The notes beneath the pieces were generated by a model that searched no databases, had not been told where the DNA came from, and saw only the letters and a list, made by a program, of their open reading frames with translations. The translations under genes and the position numbers were made by a program. Source: Pseudomonadota bacterium (GTDB lineage Bacteria > Bdellovibrionota > FAC87 > UBA2466). Taken from it: a stretch of DNA of 17,360 nt. The stretch covers positions 1 through 17,360 of the forward strand of contig JAYSWN010000229.1 in NCBI GenBank assembly GCA_043718025.1, written 5' to 3'. This document shows, in pieces, positions 1-8,047 of this stretch; position 1 is the first letter of the stretch; the number at the start of each line of letters is the position of its first letter.

Positions 1-264
1 GCGATGGCCTACGAAGGAAGAATCAAGACAATTGCGCGGCAGCTGGGCGACGAGCTCTCTAACGGCAATAGTGAAAGGCGCCTAATTCTTGCACTAAACA
101 TCGTGAGTTCATCCCACCTCGAAGGTGCCTTTCTTGTTCCCAAAATTGGTTACCTTTTAAGCAACCCAAGCCCCGAGGTTAGAAGGTTGGCGGCGGAGTA
201 TATTAAATACGTTAAAGACCGCTCACCCCGTCCGGACGATCGCACGATCGTGAACAATAATTAG
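1..264 (+). CDS. Probable 3' part of a helical (HEAT-repeat-like) hypothetical protein, possibly truncated by the window edge
   Basis: Frame is open from base 1 (GCG ATG ...) to TAG at 262-264. Contains LLSNPSPEVRRLAAEYI, resembling a HEAT repeat unit (L..L.D....VR..AA..L). Confidence 0.55.
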   Translation, partial: AMAYEGRIKTIARQLGDELSNGNSERRLILALNIVSSSHLEGAFLVPKIGYLLSNPSPEVRRLAAEYIKYVKDRSPRPDDRTIVNNN

Positions 265-295
265 AAGAGTCGGCACTGAAAGAGCGCAAGCCTAG

Positions 296-1750
296 TCAGG
301 TTCCACAAAAAGTCGCTTGCACCCGCTCGGTCTCCGTCGGAGGGACTTGGTACTTAGCAAACTCGGCGAGAGCTTCGTAGGGTTTCTTGAGCGCCGCGTT
401 TAACTTGATCAGTGGGGCAAAATCGCTTTGTTCCTGAGCCACTTGAATCACCGCTTCGATTTGGTGATTTCTAGGAATGACCGCGGGGTTGTGCTTTTTC
501 ATAAGTGCCTTCACCTCCGACCACGGCTGAGGTTGTCTAGATAGGCGGGCTTTCCAACTTTCCTGCCATTCGCGGGGGCCATTTAATTCATGGCCTAACT
601 GGCGAAACGAGTTAGTGAAGTCGGCACCGGTGCTTTGCATTTGCTCGAGTAACGAATCAACCAACGTTTGATCTGCACTCTCCTCATTGAATAGCCCGAG
701 TTTGGCGCGCATCGCCCGCAACCAAGCGATCGAAAAACTTTCTTTAAAAGTGGCCAGTACGCCTTGCGCCGCAACCACCGCATTTTGGTGGTCCTTGTCC
801 AGCAACGGCAGCAGGCATTCGGCCAATCGGGCCAGATTCCATTGAGCGATCGCCGGTTGGTGGTGGTAGGCGTAGCGGCCCCGCTGATCGATAGAGCTAA
901 ATACTTTATCGGCAGAAAACTCATCCATAAAGGCGCAGGGCCCGTAGTCAATCGTTTCGCCACTAATCGCCATGTTGTCGGTATTCATTACACCGTGAAT
1001 AAAGCCGACGCTCATCCAACTGGCGATGAGTGCCGCCTGCCGATCTGAAACCAGCCGGAGAAAAACGAGGTACGGATTTTCTAGACTTATGGCCTCCGGA
1101 AAGTGCCGCGCGATCGCGTAGTCGGCGAGTTGCTTTACCAGCCCGGGCTTTTGATGGGCCAAACCGTAGTGATAGGCGTACTCAAAGGTGCCCACTCGAA
1201 TGTGGCTTGCCGCAATCCGCGTCAGCACCGCACCGGGCAGCGGCTGCTCGCGAAAAACCGGCTCACCGGTGCTTACCACCGCAAGACTTCTGGTCGTAGG
1301 CACGCCAAGCGCATGCATCGCCTCGCTTACTACATACTCGCGAATCATCGGGCCCATGGCCGCCCGGCCATCGCCGCGCCGCGAATAAACCGTCTGGCCG
1401 CTGCCCTTCAGTTGCACGTCGAAACGCCGCCCCTCTTTAGTGACGTGCTCACCCAATAAAACCGCACGGCCATCGCCCAGCATCGTTAAATGGGCAAACT
1501 GGTGGCCAGCGTACGCCTGGGCGAGAGGATCCGCACCAAGCGGGATTTGGTTGCCGGAGAATATAGCCGTTCCTTCGTTTTGCAGCGCTTCCACCCCTAG
1601 CCCCAGATCGCGAGCCAGATCGCGATTGAAAACAACGCTAGCGGCAGAAGGCACCGGTACCGGCTTTTGGCGGGTATAAAACTCTTCGGGGAGCTTGGCG
1701 TAGCTATTGTCGAAATGAAAACCGAAGGGGTCTGGCGGATGGTTTGGCAC
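296..1750 (-). CDS. selO: Protein adenylyltransferase SelO/YdiU (AMPylating pseudokinase, UPF0061)
   Basis: 484 aa, GTG start. Family motifs YAGHQF, LGDGRA, QLKGSG, RRGDGRA, REY..SEAMHALG, SHIRVGTF, GFIHGVMNTDN, TIDYGP and the C-terminal TFCGT seen in many bacterial SelO proteins. Confidence 0.96.
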   Translation of the reverse strand: MPNHPPDPFGFHFDNSYAKLPEEFYTRQKPVPVPSAASVVFNRDLARDLGLGVEALQNEGTAIFSGNQIPLGADPLAQAYAGHQFAHLTMLGDGRAVLLGEHVTKEGRRFDVQLKGSGQTVYSRRGDGRAAMGPMIREYVVSEAMHALGVPTTRSLAVVSTGEPVFREQPLPGAVLTRIAASHIRVGTFEYAYHYGLAHQKPGLVKQLADYAIARHFPEAISLENPYLVFLRLVSDRQAALIASWMSVGFIHGVMNTDNMAISGETIDYGPCAFMDEFSADKVFSSIDQRGRYAYHHQPAIAQWNLARLAECLLPLLDKDHQNAVVAAQGVLATFKESFSIAWLRAMRAKLGLFNEESADQTLVDSLLEQMQSTGADFTNSFRQLGHELNGPREWQESWKARLSRQPQPWSEVKALMKKHNPAVIPRNHQIEAVIQVAQEQSDFAPLIKLNAALKKPYEALAEFAKYQVPPTETERVQATFCGT

Positions 1751-1876
1751 ATCAACTATCTACCCGTTACGGTCGGCACTCTCAAGCCGAGGGCTCGGCC
1801 ACCGCCATTTAGACTAGCTTGTGTCAAAATTCGGAATCGGCTACATAGAGGCGCTATTTCAAACCAGGAGCTACCC

Positions 1877-2944
1877 ATGGCCGGTCGCGAAATTATTTCG
1901 TTTTTTCTTTTATTCTTTACAGGTTTCGGGAACTTATCCGCCCAGGAGCGCCCCCAAATTCCGGCCTTTAGGATCGCCAAGCCTGGCGAAAAGGTAGACA
2001 TCACGGGCACGGTTTCGTTCATTACCAACCGCAACGCCATCGCCGTAGGCAAGCAGACTAAGGAGTCGGCCACCGCTTTCTTAAATGTGCCCACGTCCGA
2101 ACTGAAATACGGAGAGATCGTTTATCAATTAAAGGGGTCGGTTCACGACACGGGAAAGTTGGATGAAACCATTTTACTCGGCAAGCGTTCGCGTCTGTAT
2201 GAAGAAAGTTCCCTAGCTCAAGCAAAAGACGACGTCGTAGTTTACCTGCACGGCTATAACAACAGTTTTGACGCCGCCGTTCAGCAAGGGGTGCTACTTT
2301 GGCACGACTTAGCGTTGTCGATGCAGATGATGGTTTTTAGTTGGGCCTCTAAAGGTACGCCGGTGAGTTATCACCTCGATCGTCTCGAGATTGAAAAAAA
2401 CGCGCCACCGGTTGCGGAGTTTATCCTTAAGCTCACCAAGTCTCGTCCAAAGGGGAGCGTTAATCTTGTGGTGCACAGCATGGGGAATGACGTTTTTCTC
2501 AATGCCATTCAACGGCTCGAGACACAGGGTGAGTTAAAAAATATTCAATTTGGAAAAGTGATTTTGGCGGCTCCCGACGTTGCCCCTAAGTTTTTCTCTG
2601 CCATCGCCACTAAATTGGTTCAGCACTCCGAACGCGTGGTGCACTATTTTTCGACCAAAGATCGGCCGATTTTCTTTTCTCGCTTTGCCAACCCGATTCA
2701 CGGCGTGCGGGCCGGCGCTCGATTGGTAGAGGTGCCAGGACTTGAGGTCGTGGACGTAGATCAAGTAAATAGCGCCAAGATTCGATTGGGGCATGGGTAT
2801 TTCGCCGCCGTCGAAGAGATCTTAAACGATATTTCGCAGGTGTTGGCAGACGACACCTCGAAAAAAACCGTTCTGGATCGCCAGAAGGGCAAAGTGGAAG
2901 AGGTGCGCAACGAGTCTGGTTACTCCTACTTCAGGTTTAAATAG
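1877..2944 (+). CDS. Secreted alpha/beta hydrolase, DUF900 family (putative esterase/lipase)
   Basis: Start moved from the track's 1667 to ATG 1877, preceded by AGGAG (1866-1870), which avoids overlapping selO. Signal-peptide-like N-terminus (IISFFLLFFTGFGNLSA). Motifs VYLHGYNNSF, FSWAS, nucleophile elbow HSMG, ILAAPDV, S..DR and late HGYF. Confidence 0.88.
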   Translation: MAGREIISFFLLFFTGFGNLSAQERPQIPAFRIAKPGEKVDITGTVSFITNRNAIAVGKQTKESATAFLNVPTSELKYGEIVYQLKGSVHDTGKLDETILLGKRSRLYEESSLAQAKDDVVVYLHGYNNSFDAAVQQGVLLWHDLALSMQMMVFSWASKGTPVSYHLDRLEIEKNAPPVAEFILKLTKSRPKGSVNLVVHSMGNDVFLNAIQRLETQGELKNIQFGKVILAAPDVAPKFFSAIATKLVQHSERVVHYFSTKDRPIFFSRFANPIHGVRAGARLVEVPGLEVVDVDQVNSAKIRLGHGYFAAVEEILNDISQVLADDTSKKTVLDRQKGKVEEVRNESGYSYFRFK

Positions 2945-2992
2945 ACCGAGCGCCTTGCCGGTCGACTATGGTCTAGTTTAAACCCGAGACCT

Positions 2993-3922
2993 ATGCCGGA
3001 ACTCCCCGAAATTGAAACCGCCCGCCAGCGACTGCAAAAAGCCCTTAAGGGCCACGCCATTGCCACGGTCTGGGTCGATAAAGACGATCACATTTGCTTT
3101 GATGAGGCCGCGCCAGCCCAAGTGGCCAAAGCCCTGAGGGGAGCCCGCGTGACCGGCACCGGTCGTAAGGGGAAATATTTTTGGTTAGAGCTCAATCGTA
3201 AACCGTGGGTCATTTTGCATTTTGGCATGACCGGTAATTTGGAGATTCGTCGTCCGAAAAAAAAGGGGGCTGCCGAGCCCGAGCCGGGTTGGGGCGGCCT
3301 GACCCTTTGGCACAACCGCAACCAAAAGCCGGTTGTGGATTTGAGTAAGCCACCGCGGTTTTGCCGGCTTTTAATCGGGTTAGAAAATGGGACCCAAATC
3401 GCCATCACCGATCCTCGCCGCTTCGGCCGTATCCGCCTCAGTGACGACCCGGCAACCAGCGGGCCCATTAGCCGCTTAGGCTTCGACCCCCTGCAGGACT
3501 TTCCCTCGGCAAAAATTCTGGGCGAACGGCTAAGCCGACGTAAAATGGCGATAAAGGCGGTGCTGCTCGACCAAACTCTTTTTGCGGGCGTAGGCAATTG
3601 GATCGCCGACGAGGTCTTGTATCAGGCGGCCATTGCGCCACATCGAATTGCGGCAGAACTCAACCCGGCCGAAGTCAGCCTGCTTCGCCGAAAATTGGTT
3701 TCAATCATTCGGACCGCCGTGGACGTAGAAGCCGATTACGGCAGCTACCCAAAGGGGTGGCTGTTTCACTACCGTTGGGGAAAAGTGAAAGACGCGCAAG
3801 ACCACCGCGGGCGCGCCATTCTGCACGAAGACATCGGCGGCCGCACCACGGCTTGGGTGCCGGCGGTCCAATGGAAGACCCAAGCCCAACCTGCACCCGC
3901 GACCTTTTCAGCTGAAAAGTAG
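2993..3922 (+). CDS. mutM: Fpg/MutM-family DNA glycosylase/AP lyase, zinc-finger-less (plant/fungal-like) type
   Basis: N-terminal catalytic PELPE, RKGKYFW, HFGMTG, DPRRFGRI, H2TH motif LLDQTLFAGVGNWIADEVLYQA. The C-terminal WLFHYRW...GGRTTAWVPAVQ region has no cysteines. Confidence 0.92.
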   Translation: MPELPEIETARQRLQKALKGHAIATVWVDKDDHICFDEAAPAQVAKALRGARVTGTGRKGKYFWLELNRKPWVILHFGMTGNLEIRRPKKKGAAEPEPGWGGLTLWHNRNQKPVVDLSKPPRFCRLLIGLENGTQIAITDPRRFGRIRLSDDPATSGPISRLGFDPLQDFPSAKILGERLSRRKMAIKAVLLDQTLFAGVGNWIADEVLYQAAIAPHRIAAELNPAEVSLLRRKLVSIIRTAVDVEADYGSYPKGWLFHYRWGKVKDAQDHRGRAILHEDIGGRTTAWVPAVQWKTQAQPAPATFSAEK

Positions 3923-3932
3923 ATGGGCACCT
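3893..3932. repeat. 40-bp dispersed repeat, copy 1, with perfect 16-bp palindromic core CTTTTCAGCTGAAAAG
   Basis: GCACCCGCGACCTTTTCAGCTGAAAAGTAGATGGGCACCT. Matches 15009-15048 at 38/40 positions in the same orientation. Confidence 0.9.
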
Positions 3933-3968
3933 TTTAAGACGTGGCGCCCACCTATACTCTATAGGCGG

Positions 3969-4388
3969 CTATTTAAATTCCCCGAACAAGGTCAGGTCGA
4001 TGGCTTCCAGAGGCGATCCGTTGCTTAGCGCGCCCACCTGTTTCTTGATGTCGGCATTGGTTTGCGGAGCCAGGTGCAGCTTTAAGTCGCTGACCGTTTC
4101 CCAGACCGTGTAGATGCTATATTTGGTGGTGCTATCTAGCAGCTTTGCCGAGGCAAATACTTTTAAACCGTGTTCCGATTCACAGCGGGCCTTCATCACC
4201 GGAATCAGCTTTTCAAATGCCGCTTGCTGGCCGTTTTGGATAGTCACGGTGACGGTAACCGCGATCGGTCCAGATTTGTCGTCGTGACGCCCGAGCACCG
4301 TCATCGCATATTCAGGGTTAATCGCCATCGATGAGCTAGTACCTAAGACGAGAAAAAGCGAAATCCCTAACTTTACATAACTTTTCAT
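3969..4388 (-). CDS. Secreted ABM (antibiotic biosynthesis monooxygenase / YgiN-like) domain protein
   Basis: Start moved to ATG at 4388 with AAGGAG RBS (4395-4400). Signal peptide MKSYVKLGISLFLVLGTSSSMA. ABM-like pattern V.V.V.I..G....FE......RCESEHG......Y..WET..DL..HL. Confidence 0.72.
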   Translation of the reverse strand: MKSYVKLGISLFLVLGTSSSMAINPEYAMTVLGRHDDKSGPIAVTVTVTIQNGQQAAFEKLIPVMKARCESEHGLKVFASAKLLDSTTKYSIYTVWETVSDLKLHLAPQTNADIKKQVGALSNGSPLEAIDLTLFGEFK

Positions 4389-4665
4389 TCTGTTCTCCTT
4401 CACTAATTTTTGGTTCTTTACCTTCAACGACGGTGAAATCACCAGACTGTCGCCTTGCCGCCAACCCTCGGCGTTCACATTGATAAAAAACCTCATTTTT
4501 TCAAGTGTTTGCACAGCAATAACAGGGATTGTTACGCACCGGCGAATTGTGCTACACAAAACCTTCGTGAAAGTTTTTTCTTCGCCAGGGCATTTCATTC
4601 TCTTACTAGGTCTCGTGGGTGCCTCACCCACGTCGGCAACGCCAGCGCGCACGCCGTGTTCCACA

Positions 4666-5649
4666 ATGCTCAACACCGTCGCGGCGTTTCTGCGGGTTAC
4701 CCTAGACCCCATTGCGATGCGTTTTGCCCAACAAAATCTTCGGGGGATTTATCCTTCGCTGACTCCCACCTCGCCGCGCATGCAGCGCATTTACCAGGAC
4801 ATTCAACGCGAGTTCTCCCCCCCTCTAGAGCCTTTTCTTTCCCATTTTCCCTCCGAGACGCTGCTGTTGGGTTTCTGGTTGGTATCCTACGAATCCTTCG
4901 CCTCCCCTGCTTTGAGTCGAAGTGATAAAGAGCACCTAGCCATCGCGGTCTCCGACCAAAATAGTTGCGAATTTTGTCGCGTAGCTCACACCCTAATGCT
5001 GGAGGCATCAGTGGGGTGCGTAACCAACGGCGCTTCTCCCGCATTATTTAGCGCTGAAGCCAACGCAGAACGCATCGCGATCATTCGGGTGTTCGAATAT
5101 ATCAATCGCATGATGCTCGTTTTCACCCGCAAGCCAAACGCCTTCATGTTCGGAACGGGTAGCCTTTATGGTCGACTGATGGGCAACATGGTAACTCTTC
5201 GCGTTGGCCCCGAAGCGCGCCGCCAACATGAACCAGGCCAATCGTTTCGGCTGCTCGATGCCACCGCCCCAATTGTTGATCCGATCGCGGGCGGTTTTGA
5301 GTGGGCGGCGAGCCGACCGCACGTTGAACGCGCCTTTCGCCAATGGCACGCATTTCAGCAGGACGCAGAAAAGCGGTTGCCGCTATCGCTTCAAACCAAA
5401 ATCGCATTGCGCCATCTTGGTGCAAATGAAACTTTAGAGAGCAACGTGCCGGCCACCGAAGCCCGCGTAGTTAGCTTCGCCGAAACGCTCATTCACAACC
5501 CCGCCGCCCCTGACCTCACCTCTAAAGCGCAGCAAGCACGCACTTTCTTTAATTCTGATACGGCCTGGGTAGAATTTGTCTCTTGGTGTAGCTACCTCGC
5601 TACCGAGCCGATCGTTGACGCCAGTGCGCGTGTTTGTAGCGAAAGGTAA
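4666..5649 (+). CDS. AhpD/carboxymuconolactone-decarboxylase-like protein (alkylhydroperoxidase core CxxC)
   Basis: KEHLAIAVSDQNSCEFCRVAH matches the AhpD core (E..A.AVS..N.C.YC...H), followed by F.Y.NR. Start uncertain (ATG 4666 or 4717; the track's TTG 4480 gives an unconvincing extension). Confidence 0.8.
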   Translation: MLNTVAAFLRVTLDPIAMRFAQQNLRGIYPSLTPTSPRMQRIYQDIQREFSPPLEPFLSHFPSETLLLGFWLVSYESFASPALSRSDKEHLAIAVSDQNSCEFCRVAHTLMLEASVGCVTNGASPALFSAEANAERIAIIRVFEYINRMMLVFTRKPNAFMFGTGSLYGRLMGNMVTLRVGPEARRQHEPGQSFRLLDATAPIVDPIAGGFEWAASRPHVERAFRQWHAFQQDAEKRLPLSLQTKIALRHLGANETLESNVPATEARVVSFAETLIHNPAAPDLTSKAQQARTFFNSDTAWVEFVSWCSYLATEPIVDASARVCSER

Positions 5650-5650
5650 A

Positions 5651-8032
5651 GTGGACTTTTTTCCTCCACAAGATTTAGTCGGCGAGAAACGAGATCGAGT
5701 TTGGCAGCTGCCTTACGTTGAATCACGTCGACTGCACATTCAAAAAAGTGCCGATGGTTTAACCCCAAACTCCATTCTTCCCCTCGTCCGCAAACTTGAG
5801 AGTCAAAAACTTTGGACTTCTGGTTTAGACGCTTACCTCTATTGCGTTGAAGTGGCTTCGCGCGAATGGCTTGAACCCAACGACACGGCAACGCTGCTCG
5901 AATGCGCTGCACAGCAACTTGAGCGAGCCGGGGCAAACTCATCGCGTTCTCGCCTGAACCGCCTTGCGGGGGAGCTTTACGCGGAGAAAGCCCGTCTAGC
6001 TCGGCGCAACGCCGATCGCTGGAACGCCGATTGGCTTGGCGTGCTTTCGGGCGCCACGCCTTGCACTCCAACTTTCGATTTCAATTTTACCAATCTCACG
6101 TCTGAAGCTGAACCGCCCCTATCCACCGTGCAACCTTCAGACCCTCTTCCTCTTCAGCTTCAAAAAGTGTCGCGGCTACGTTGGAGTGGCCAGCCCGAAC
6201 AGGCCAGTTTTCTTCTACAAACCCTGCTTCTACCCAGCCCGATGGAGTCGGCTTGGGACACAGCACTCCAGAGTTTAGGACTCTCGCTGAAGGTACAGCT
6301 CAATGATGATGAAGCCAGTTTTTGTGCGGCCCAACGGCACGCATTAGAGACTCAAGGTTCAAAGGAGCTCATAGAAATTCATTTATGGGGCCTGAGCTCG
6401 GCAAGCAAAAAAGCACGATCGTGGCTTAGCGTGTATTCGCACCAAACCACGACGGTCGGAGACTTTGTTTTTACCCTACACCAGGCCTACGACAGCAAAG
6501 GCGAAACTACGAAATGGGCCGAACTCGTCGGGCGGACGCTGGGCAAAGTGTTAGCGACAGCCCCTTTAGAAACTCAAGTGCTTTGCCTGGCCGCCGCGGC
6601 GAAGTGGTTACTACGCCACAAGTGCCCCGAACTCTATGAACTCTGCCGATTTCACTATCGCAATTTGAGCCTTCACTTGAGTGCCGGGGCCAATCGCGAC
6701 ATCCTGGGCAGGCTGCCCTTTAAGTCGAACCCCTCGCCACTTAGAGCCATTCCCTCCACCCGACAAAGCCGTTGGACCGCGGCGGGAAAACTGGGCGCGG
6801 CCATTTTTTCTATCGCCGCAAAGCACGTGGTGAGTTCCCCCTTTCAGTCAAAGTCTCGAAAGACTCAGCAAAACAACCAACTGCTCAACGCTTTTTGTGA
6901 AACGATTTACCGCGAAACCGACGCCTTGAAAGGCGGTTGGATGAAGCTGGGCCAGTTGGCGGCCTACCTGGGCCCGGATATTCCGGCCGAGGCGCGGCGG
7001 CTACTGAGCCGACTTCAAGAATCTTCGACGCCGATTGCCTCAGAAACCATCGAGGCCGTGGTGGCGAGCGAATTAAAGAGGCCCGTGCACGAACTCTTTG
7101 CTCATTGGGATCGCACTCCGCTGGCAACGGGTAGCATCGGCCAAGTGCACCGCGCCCGCACTCATCAAGGCGAAGAGGTTGTCGTAAAAGTACAATACCC
7201 CGGAATTAGAACTATCGTTGATTGCGACATCCAATTGCTGTCGTTTCTGATCCCGCTGGCAAAGCCTTTTTTTCCCCACTGGAATTTTGCCGAGTTGCTG
7301 CGAGAGTTCCGCACGCGTTTTCTTGAAGAGTGTGATTACCTGGCGGAGGCCAAAAACCAAATGGCTTTTCTTGAGAACTTTTCTCAAGATCCCGAAATTG
7401 TCGTGCCGCGAGTGCACTCTGAATTTTCGAGCGCCCTAATTTTGACCTCGGACTTCATAGCGGGAAAGCGGTTTGATGACTTTCTGAGCACCTCAAGCCC
7501 CGAGCAGAGAAATAGAGCGGCCGAAATAATGACCAGCTGGCACTGGACCAGCATTTTCTCCCATAAATTATTCAGCGGCGATCCGCACCCGGGCAACTTT
7601 CTTTTTTTACCCGACCAAGTGGCATTCATTGATTTTGGCAACGTGAAGCGCTGGGAAGGCAACGCATGTGGCGGCATCCGCTCGGTAATGGATGGGCTTT
7701 TGGCTGACGACTTTAGTACTTTTGCGAAGGGCTACGCCCTGGCCGAGATGTCGACCGATCCGACGGGAGTGGTTGTGCAAGAAGAGTATCAAAAAATTCG
7801 CCAGCACATTCTCGGTTACTTGCGTTACGATCGGGAAGTTGAATTCAATCATGAGAAGGCAATGCAGTATTTTCGCAGTGCCACCACCGATAATCCGAAC
7901 ACCCGGCTAACCGTAAAGATCCAGAGCGAGTGCGCCGTGCTCTTTAAGGCCCACTGGAGTTTTTTCGCCACGCTTGGCCGACTCAATCCAAAGATTAATT
8001 GGCGGCAGATTTATCTACGGTCGATATCGTAG
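5651..8032 (+). CDS. ABC1/UbiB/AarF (COQ8-like) atypical kinase with long unknown N-terminal helical domain
   Basis: GTG 5651 lies 1 nt after the upstream TAA, preceded by GAAAGG, and is in frame with the track ORF. The C-terminal half has IPSTRQSR, MKLGQ (KxGQ), PLATGSIGQVH, VKVQYPG, EECDY..EA, GDPHPGNF and IDFG. Confidence 0.88.
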   Translation: MDFFPPQDLVGEKRDRVWQLPYVESRRLHIQKSADGLTPNSILPLVRKLESQKLWTSGLDAYLYCVEVASREWLEPNDTATLLECAAQQLERAGANSSRSRLNRLAGELYAEKARLARRNADRWNADWLGVLSGATPCTPTFDFNFTNLTSEAEPPLSTVQPSDPLPLQLQKVSRLRWSGQPEQASFLLQTLLLPSPMESAWDTALQSLGLSLKVQLNDDEASFCAAQRHALETQGSKELIEIHLWGLSSASKKARSWLSVYSHQTTTVGDFVFTLHQAYDSKGETTKWAELVGRTLGKVLATAPLETQVLCLAAAAKWLLRHKCPELYELCRFHYRNLSLHLSAGANRDILGRLPFKSNPSPLRAIPSTRQSRWTAAGKLGAAIFSIAAKHVVSSPFQSKSRKTQQNNQLLNAFCETIYRETDALKGGWMKLGQLAAYLGPDIPAEARRLLSRLQESSTPIASETIEAVVASELKRPVHELFAHWDRTPLATGSIGQVHRARTHQGEEVVVKVQYPGIRTIVDCDIQLLSFLIPLAKPFFPHWNFAELLREFRTRFLEECDYLAEAKNQMAFLENFSQDPEIVVPRVHSEFSSALILTSDFIAGKRFDDFLSTSSPEQRNRAAEIMTSWHWTSIFSHKLFSGDPHPGNFLFLPDQVAFIDFGNVKRWEGNACGGIRSVMDGLLADDFSTFAKGYALAEMSTDPTGVVVQEEYQKIRQHILGYLRYDREVEFNHEKAMQYFRSATTDNPNTRLTVKIQSECAVLFKAHWSFFATLGRLNPKINWRQIYLRSIS

Positions 8033-8047
8033 GCTAAAGGGCCCGTG

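Noticed and set aside
296..298. selO ends in TGA: possible selenocysteine readthrough
   Set aside because: The redox position is already Cys in the C-terminal TFCGT, a normal ending for bacterial SelO. Readthrough would run into the convergent ORF, and no SECIS-like hairpin is evident.
1786..1799. Inverted repeat GCCGAG-GG-CTCGGC between selO and the hydrolase
   Set aside because: A 6-bp GC-rich arm is plausible by chance, and I saw no second copy or recognisable operator.
1667..1876. N-terminal extension of the hydrolase ORF in the track
   Set aside because: It overlaps the selO start on the opposite strand. ATG 1877 has an RBS and yields a clean signal peptide.
3948..3968. Hairpin CCACCTATA-CTC-TATAGGCGG between convergent mutM and ABM genes
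   Set aside because: Weak AT-rich stem with no clear U-tract; it cannot be supported as a terminator.
4389..4712. Long upstream extensions of the ABM ORF (to 4712) and AhpD ORF (from 4480), and a TAACA-N5-TGTTA inverted repeat at 4520-4534
   Set aside because: The extensions overlap each other head-to-head and lack RBS support. The 5-bp inverted repeat is too short to call an operator.
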